Below are positions 55,847 through 64,000 of a stretch of DNA of 64,000 nucleotides, piece by piece. The notes below the pieces were generated by a model that was not told the DNA's origin, searched no databases, and saw only the letters and a list, made by a program, of their open reading frames with translations. The stretch comes from Eledone cirrhosa (taxonomy: Eukaryota), in the NCBI GenBank assembly GCA_964016885.1, contig OZ024740.1:391778001-391842000 (forward strand), written 5' to 3'. Within the stretch, counting starts at the first letter, position 1; each line of letters opens with the position of its first letter. Made by a program: the position numbers and the translations under genes.

Positions 55847-56576
55847 AATGCACCTGAGCCTGTGTTTGTGCGTGTGTGCTTGCAACGATGTGCGTTGACG
55901 TTGACATACACGCATATGTACTTTATGCCGAAATGGGAACTGTAGTCCTTTGCATTTCCGGATTTTGACACTCGGGTTTTTGGTGTTTTACACTCCACTT
56001 TTATCTCATTTGCTCTTAAAACGCACCACTCGATGATAATGTAAGAGTTGTAATTTTTTACATTTCTCGATTCTGACACACAGGTTTTCTACTTCAGTTA
56101 ATAGTTTTCAAATCTTTCAAATTTTGATATTGGTTGTAACACTCACGCATTTTTTATTTTTTTATTTGTTTGGCACCCCAGACCACGTGAAATGGTGGCA
56201 GGATCGATGCCAACCTACATACAAATTCTTCTGAACATAGCAGCAGCACACTAAAGCTGACCTGCCAGCTGACCCCTTAACACCACTACCACTACCAACA
56301 CAATGGAGAAGGTCAGCTGTACTTAAACAAAAACAACTACAACAGATTGTCTTGCCTCAGAAAAATTTCTATAGACTTTTGACTGAGGAATGTTCTCACA
56401 ACTGACCAATGGGATGCGAGCGTGTCCAATGACGCCGAAATTCGTTTGTTCGAATTCATATCATTCCAGTTCCTCAGAGAAATAACAACGCAACCAGGAG
56501 TTGGACATATCGATGTATTGACGGAGTAAAACACATTTCAACAACATGTGTACCTGTCTTTCCCACACCAATTCGG

Positions 56577-56631
56577 ACTGCCTGAAGTGGTCACAGCCAA
56601 TGATGGCTGTCACCGAAATATATATAGCAGT
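56577..56631 (+). ncRNA. Type I hammerhead motif (core variant CTGAAGT), related to 49291-49349
   Basis: Stem I ACTGC/GCAGT; stem II GGT/ACC plus ACAGCCA/TGGCTGT; GAAA 56615-56618; stem III ATATATAT. Confidence 0.72.
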
Positions 56632-56811
56632 ACATCTATAATTTATAATAAACGAAGCCAAATTTTACATATTTGACTTAATTATTTTACATTACTCTGG
56701 AGTAAACAAACCAACCTGCGTACTTCATCGACTGCTCCAATCTACTGAGGTGTCGGTAAACAAACAACATACTCAAAATTTATATATAATGTATCGCACA
56801 CCTCCTTCGTT

Positions 56812-56923
<112 letters not shown>

Positions 56924-57309
56924 ATACGGAGAAAGAGACGATTATGAGGAAGAAAAATATATATATACCCTTCATCAGTGCAGTTTACTGTTCACCTGCC
57001 AACTGTCAGAGCTAGTGAAAATATATATTTTCTAAAATATACAGTGACTGATCGGCCTGATTTGTATATTAGCAGACTAGCTGATCAGTCAGATCTGCAT
57101 ATTATCAGATGAAGGGTAATCACCCAGGAACATTAGTGTCTGCAGTTCCGTTTACATGACAACACAAGAGCAATAATGGAGGGCTCATTCTACTGACATG
57201 GCTTAAAAGAGGTTGTTTGCATAATTACAAACGAATTGAACATTTTTATTAATATTCGAAAACCTCAGATTACATTTATTGTATTCAGTCATGTAGAGCC
57301 ATCACTTTT

Positions 57310-57491
57310 GTTGTGGATTGGCAGTATCGGTAGAGAGTCGGACGCCATGCTTTCCAGCATAGTTATGTCCCTTTGCGGTCTGAGTTCAAATCCAGCCGAG
57401 GTTAACTTTGCCTTTCATCCTTGCGTGGTCGATAAAATAAAGTACCAGTAATGTACTGGGTAATTGCTGTCCTTGTGCCAAAGGTAGAAAC

Positions 57492-57495
<4 letters not shown>
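57310..57495 (+). mobile_element. tRNA-derived SINE resembling abundant octopus SINEs
   Basis: A-box-like TGGCAGTATCGG 57319-57330; B-box-like GAGTTCAAATCC 57382-57393; core ACTTTGCCTTTCATCC...GTCGATAAAATAAAGTACCAGT; ends in (TA)n. Confidence 0.8.
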
Positions 57496-57523
<28 letters not shown>

Positions 57524-57526
<3 letters not shown>

Positions 57527-58945
57527 CTCCATCCTCGCCCCCCTTGTCACCACCCTCCCCTCCCACATCTCCGACACCAACCACGCCCTGCGCCTTTTCG
57601 ACTCCTCACCTACCCACCCGGCCCACAGCCCTTCCTCTTCACCCTATATATCAAGTCCCTCTATACCGTCATCCCCCACGCCGACGGCCTACGCGCCCTC
57701 AAACACTACCTCGACCTTCGCCCCTCCCCCATTCCCTCCACCCCATCCTCCTTCGCCTCGCCGAGCTGGTCCTCACCCTCAATTGTTTCTCCTTCTCGGG
57801 TGAGTTTTACCAACAGGTCACGGGGGTAGCCATGGGTACAAGAATGGGCCCGAACTATGCCAACCTTTTTGTTGGCCATGTTGAGGCCCAAATCTTTGCC
57901 CAGTACACCGGCCCCACGCCCGAACTGTACGGTCGTTACATCGACGACTGTATCGGAGCCACGACCCTCACCCGAGAACAGCTCGACTCCTTTCTCTCCT
58001 TCTTCTGCTCCTTCCACCCCTCCCTCCACTTCACCACCTCTATCTCCACCACCCACGTCCACTTCTTAGACATCTCCGTCGCCTTCGACCCCTCCCACCA
58101 CTCCCTCGTCACCTCCGCCTTCTTCAAACCCACCGACTCCCACTCTTACCTCGACTTCACCTCTTCCCACCCCACACACACTAAACACTCTATTCCCTAC
58201 TCCCAACTCCTCAGGATCCGCCGCCTCTGTAGCCGAGATGCTGACTTCGAGTCCCAGGCCCTTTCCCTAGTCAGCCATTTCATCCGCAGAGTTTACCCCC
58301 CCCCCCCTCTCGTCCACACCGCTCTCACCCGCGCCCGTGCTGTCCACCGCTCCACCACCCTCACCCCACGCCACCGCACACCCACCGTCTCCCCTTCCCT
58401 ATCACCTACCACCCCTCCACCTCCCACATCTTCCCAACCCCACCACTCCCCTCCTTCAAACGCGCACGCAATCTCCGCACCCTCCTCGTCCACAGCTCCC
58501 TACCCCCAACCCACGCTCTTTTCTCCCTGGTTCCTTTCCCTGTTCTAGGCCCCGCTGCAACACCTGTCCCCACATCACCAACACCACCACCTTCCAGGGT
58601 CCCAACGGCCACTCTCTCTCTGTCCGGCATGCCTTCCGCTGCACCTCCTCCAAACCAGTCTACGAACTTCGCTGCACGGAGTGCAGCGCGACTTACGTCG
58701 GACAGACGGGACATCGCCTGGCGGACCGATTCACTGAGCACCTCCGGGATATTCGTCTCGGTGGCAGTTCCCCCATCGCCCGCCACTTTGGTGCCCCTGG
58801 ACATTCCGCACACCATCTCACAGTCTGTGGCCTACTCCAATGCCACGGAACACCGGCCAATCTCCTCAGAGTTGAACAAAGAACCATCTTCATCTTACAG
58901 ACCCACACTCCCCCCGGCCTGAACTCCCCACCCTTATTCCTTTAG
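57524..58945 (+). pseudogene. PLE reverse transcriptase plus GIY-YIG endonuclease, frameshifted
   Basis: IKSLYTVIPH, GVAMGTRMGPNYANLF, RYIDD, HFLDI, KPTDSHSYL, SIPYSQLLRIRRLCS; CSRPRCNTC, VYELRC, YVGQT, RFTEH, PPGLN. Confidence 0.93.
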
Positions 58946-60376
58946 CCTTCGACTGCCCCTCCCCCCACACATATCCCCCACTAACACCACTAACACACCC
59001 CTCCTTTTCACCGCCCACCCCACAACTAACAATACTAACACCTCCACTCCACCCCTCATCCGACCACCCTTCCCCAACTAACATACTAACATCCCTCCCT
59101 TCTTCTCCTCTCCCCCTCCTTATCACACGCACACATCCACCGGCACATATATACACGCGCTCACACTAAACACACACCCTACTACCACCACTAACCCTCA
59201 CCCCCACACATCCATCCCACCACCCCGCAACTAACATTACTAACACCCCCTGACCCCAAGCACACGAGCACACGCACCCACTTACACCACCCACCCCACA
59301 GGCAACTAACATCACTAACACCCCCCAACCCCACGCACACGTACCCATACACCCTCGTACACCACCAATTCTACACACCCTACCACCACTAACCCCCACT
59401 CACACCTGCATTCAACCCTTTCTCCACCTCCCGTATACTAACACCCACTAACACCCCCTTCATCAAAGTACACACACACCAGTACACCACACTCTCTCCA
59501 TCAACCCCCACACCCTTCTCTCCGCGCTCCACCCACACCCTTTCTCCACACTCACTCATCCCACTAACACCTCTACTAATACACACACAGACCCTCCTCA
59601 CTCCAACTTTCACACCTACCCATCCTCGCCCCTTTACCATTCCACCCGACTGCTGCTATGCCCTCTGACCACTTCCCAGCACACACAGACACACAGCACT
59701 CCTACCGCCTTGACCACTTCTTGTTGCGCGCGCACCCCACATCTCTCCTCTTCCGACCATCTCTCCATGGATTACTCGTATGTGGAGCTTGACCGCGGAA
59801 TCAACTACCATCCTAGGAGTTTACCAACCTTTCAACCACATCTTCTTACGGAATCACCTTTATAACACACACACCCCAAACATTTTTTTTCCCACACGCC
59901 ACCTACACCCACAACACGCTTAAACCCCACACACACGTGCTTTCCACCACATATTTACACCTTCAGCCTCCGGATTCCTCTCCCCCCACCCCTCTATCCA
60001 CACACGCGCACACACTCTCCGACCTACACCCCACCCCACACACACCTCTTCCTGAACATGCAACCCCGTTCTTCCCCCAACCCTTGCTTTCACATACACA
60101 CACACACACACACACACACGTACACCTACACACACACACCACCTTCATCCCTCCCCACTCGGACACCCCGTCTCCCTCTCCCCACTCCACCCGCCACCAC
60201 CCCTACACACCCCACACCCTTCCACCACCTGTTTTACGCCATTTTAATTTTATTTTATTTTGATCATGCTTTGATTTTTAATTTCATTCGCACCGTTTCC
60301 TCCCACCCCCTTTTCGCTATATGTCTCTCCACCACTCCCCTACACACCCTTTGAACTCTCTTCCCACACACTTTTC

Positions 60377-60408
60377 ACCTGAAGAAGGGCTTATGCCCGA
60401 AAGGTCGT
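60377..60408 (+). ncRNA. Minimal PLE-type hammerhead, probably mutated in stem III
   Basis: CTGAAGA-A-GGGC-TTAT-GCCC-GAAA-GGTC; the typical minimal PLE form would read GAAACGTC. Confidence 0.7.
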
Positions 60409-60495
60409 TCCCCACCACCACCCCACTCTCCAGAGCGTGAAATTAATAAACATTCGTTGTACTGCCTCTCTGTTTTGTTCCTGTTCAAATTTTCC

Positions 60496-60546
<51 letters not shown>

Positions 60547-60613
60547 AAGGTTTAGTAAATAATGAAAAAGTTTCAAAATAAATTTTAAAAAATTGACTTT
60601 ACCTACTATAGTT

Positions 60614-60697
60614 ACCTTTACCGATCGGTTTCGAATCCCAAAAATAAAACGGAGACCATACGGCCTTCGTTGCAAAGAGAGATTCTCGTCAGAAGGT
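60614..60697 (-). ncRNA. Type I hammerhead ribozyme motif (483-nt family)
   Basis: Reverse complement of the 42848-42931 motif. Confidence 0.88.
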
Positions 60698-61096
60698 TCT
60701 TTTCATTCAAAGAATATAAAATTCCTGAATTTAAATCACAAACTAGCGCTATCAAAAACTGTTCCTGGGATGAGAGTGGATGATGTAGAACAGGTTTATC
60801 AAGGGCCGTAGCAAAGATAGAGGCAAAAGGAGGTAGGTCAAACTAGCCACTGCTATTGCTAGCAGCAGTCGGAATGACCCGGTTTGTTCTCAACGTTAGT
60901 GGAGGTAGTAGTAATATGAAATACATTCCTTCACGCACAAGGCGCCAAGGTACGCATGTATTGTCCAACCAAATGCCAATGTGGTTCAATGGCGGGTTAA
61001 TAAATTAACGAGCCAGAACAAATATAAACAAGGTTTAGTAAATAATGAAAAAGTTTCAAAATAAATTTTAAAAAATTGACTTTACCTACTATAGTT

Positions 61097-61179
61097 ACCT
61101 TTACCGATCGGTTTCGAATCCCAAAAATAAACGGAGACCATACGGCCTTCGTTGCAAAGAGAGATTCTCGTCAGAAGGT
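61097..61179 (-). ncRNA. Type I hammerhead ribozyme motif (483-nt family), second tandem copy
   Basis: Same motif with a 1-nt deletion in the stem II insert. Confidence 0.88.
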
Positions 61180-61276
61180 TCTTTTCATTCAAAGAATATA
61201 AAATTCCTGAATTTAAATCACAAACATTGGGTTGGACAATACATGCGTACCTTGGCGCCTTGTGCGTGAAGGAACG

Positions 61277-61317
<41 letters not shown>

Positions 61318-63461
61318 GTATGTACTGGTACTGGTTAGGAAGGTTAACAATATGGCTGAGTGATAATTGTCTCACAAGAGCGTTCTGCATACTAAGTACA
61401 AATAGAATAGTGATAGTGTCTCACATATACGATAAGGTAAATTGGAAACCTTTAATCAACTGAAATTATCCCGAGCAATAAGTAGGTAATAACTCGCTCT
61501 AAAGACAACATTAATATCATTAGTTATTTGAATTGCTAAGACAATACAGATAATGCAGATTGGAGTGAATATGGTCTTGAACGACAAACGGGTGACCGGA
61601 TTGAATATAATAATTCCTTTGAAGAACTACCACTTCTTATAAAACAAAGAGCTGTCATTTTCTCTGAAGTGTTTTCATTTCTTCCAAAGAAATTGCACTT
61701 CCCTTGAAAAGTGTGTCACAGCAACATCTTGAACAAATGACTATGCATAAAGGTTAGAGTTATGTTCTAAATGTTAAGTATCTATACTACAAATTTCACG
61801 ATTTTAAGTTTTATGTGTTGTTAAATCTAGTCGGTATAACGAAAATAGTCGCTATAATGAAAATAGACTGTGTGTCTTTGTATATGCGTTTACCACACTT
61901 CTGTCAATGACGTGCCTTGTTTTAATTCAGGCTTCCTATCGGTTTCAGTTCTTCTCCGGTGAGACTTCATGAGAAACGGTAGTCTGTACTCTGTCACATG
62001 ATGTTCTAAAATACAGCTCTTTCGTTTTACTTTATTCAACTGTAGTTAGGCATTGATACTATTGAATACACTGGCAGTAAGTAAAGTCAGCTATTTCAAC
62101 CAGTTAACAGGCATTTATAGTATGGACTCTAACATTGAAAGCTTTGCATGTCCAAAAAATATCGCATCTGTATAAATACATGGGTAGAGTGTTGACACAA
62201 GTGGTGGAGAAGAAGAGTAGTTGTATTATGATATAGTGCTCAGTGACACTTTGTTCTATGTTCAGATATTACTATTTTCATTTTCATTGATCTGTATCTT
62301 ACTCAAACTAATCCCCACTCACACAACTGATACTCTGTAGTTAAAATAAATTATTGCATTATAAAATGATTTGACAGAAACTGTTGAATGCAAAGCTGAA
62401 TACTTTCCGATATCTAATTGCACATATCCCCGTTCTAATGTTAAACTCTGCCACAGATGATGTCACATTTCATTTCTCAACAGACACAAAGATATTCAAT
62501 CCTCTGGATTATATATACCTTATCTGATGCAATATATAACCTTTGAGTTAGTAAACATAAATCAATATTGATATAACCAATGTAACGAATATTATGAAAA
62601 TAGTCATGGTCCGGGTCCGTGATAAATTTTCAATACACGGTTGAAAAAATTTCATTTGAACTATATAGCTGATATTGCTAAAAGCATTGTGCTTAGTCAG
62701 GTTGTGATATTATTTATTTTAGCCATGACCATATCGACATTTCACACATAGTTTATCTTAGATGACATTATCAATTATCCTTCCCTTTTTTTAGTAACAT
62801 GATGTAACTTGAAGATTTAACTGGGTTAATTTATAAGATCAACATACCTTTGTGTAGCTCCCTTGTTGGCTTATCCTATATATAGATTGAAGATTTTCAT
62901 TTATTTTATAGAATTAGTCAAATGAGTATCCAATACTCAAGAGTAGTAAAATCAAAAGTTTTTATTTTGTCCACGAAAGGTTCCAAATACAAATAGTTCT
63001 TCGGTGGACGTCTATTCACATCTACTGAGGAAAAATATTAACGTTGATATGAAAATCAATGAATTCAGAATTTTCTGTTCTGCATCGGTCAAAGCTAAAA
63101 GCAATAAATATGATAGTAAGAACAATCAGAAGAAACTTTACTGGTCATAACGCAGACACTACTGTTAGTTTACACAAGTCACCTTTAAATTTCAAGCGTG
63201 GGCCATTTTTAGAATGACCTATACTCAGAATATATTTGTTTTGTAACAAATCTAAGGCCTTCAATTATACTTTGACCCGCTCACCTGACTTCAAGATTCA
63301 TTTAGTCATTTCCAACACTTTCTTTTCATTATTTTTTCTAATTGTCCTATCTGTTTCTCCTTATTCCATTTTTAACGACTCATTCTATATTTCTTACTCA
63401 TTATAGATTATCCATCTTCATACGAACTAAAAATTTCTAACAGAATATTATTTGCATGTGG

Positions 63462-63463
<2 letters not shown>

Positions 63464-63531
<68 letters not shown>

Positions 63532-63570
63532 ACATGCGTATGTTCGTGTATATATAAATGTATGTAAAAA

Positions 63571-63638
<68 letters not shown>

Positions 63639-63643
63639 CAAAG

Positions 63644-63677
<34 letters not shown>
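63464..63677. repeat. Compound (TG)n/(TA)n/(GA)n microsatellites
   Basis: Directly visible. Confidence 0.95.
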
Positions 63678-63682
<5 letters not shown>

Positions 63683-64000
63683 TTATTATTTATATTGCTC
63701 CCAGTTACCTGGTGCAGACGTACAATTGTTAAACTGCATATCAGCTTAACCGCCTAAGTTACAAAAGTCAAAAGTCAATAGTTCCTTCTTACTTCGACTA
63801 ATTGATTAAAACCTCAGCTCAAAGTCACAAAATTATAGGGAATGCGTTTATTCAGTAGAGCCGATTTCGGTACTTATGAACTTCAAATTGCGCTAGATCA
63901 AATATGCATTCAGAATTCCATTAGCAGTTTTGCATGACTAAAACAATGCACAATAACGTCTGTAAAGACATCAACAGATTACCAATAATTATTTATATAT

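Larger units (their letters stand above)
57524..60497 (+). mobile_element. 5'-truncated Penelope-like retroelement (Neptune-like): RT, GIY-YIG, long C-rich 3' region, hammerhead and tail
   Basis: Coding motifs, hammerhead near 60377, (TA)n on both flanks. Confidence 0.9.
60540..61286. mobile_element. 483-nt-unit hammerhead element, locus 2: about 1.4 tandem units on the minus strand (60540-61225) plus a short inverted arm (about 61230-61286)
   Basis: ATAAACAAGG at 60541 and 61024 (period 483); nearly identical to locus 1; (TA)n flanks. Confidence 0.9.

Noticed and set aside
61316-63460. Possible host exons in AT-rich unique DNA
   Set aside because: No ORF or motif support visible; small exons cannot be excluded without RNA data

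Overview
Eukaryotic, repeat-dominated window with no recognisable host gene; the SINE sequence and dense (TA)n/(CA)n/(GA)n tracts suggest an octopus-like cephalopod (inference). Bases 1-30952 are one 27-bp satellite array (consensus TTGTTTGGAATGGTATTGGCACCAGCA, about 1150 units) with kb-scale internal duplications; its many long ORFs are artefacts of a unit that is stop-free in all six frames. Bases 31-64 kb hold retroelements: a near full-length frameshifted Tx1/L1-type LINE, two RTE-type LINE remnants (one with a twin-priming-type 5' inversion), several Penelope-like element (PLE) remnants with RT and/or GIY-YIG, and two SINEs. The most notable signal, invisible in the ORF track, is about ten type I hammerhead ribozyme motifs from several families, mostly in small elements inserted in (TA)n tracts. 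These include a non-coding 483-nt tandem unit (retrozyme/mini-PLE-like) at two loci, and five insertions sharing an inverted two-arm layout with staggered 3' ends. All folds and alignments were done by eye; boundaries are approximate.
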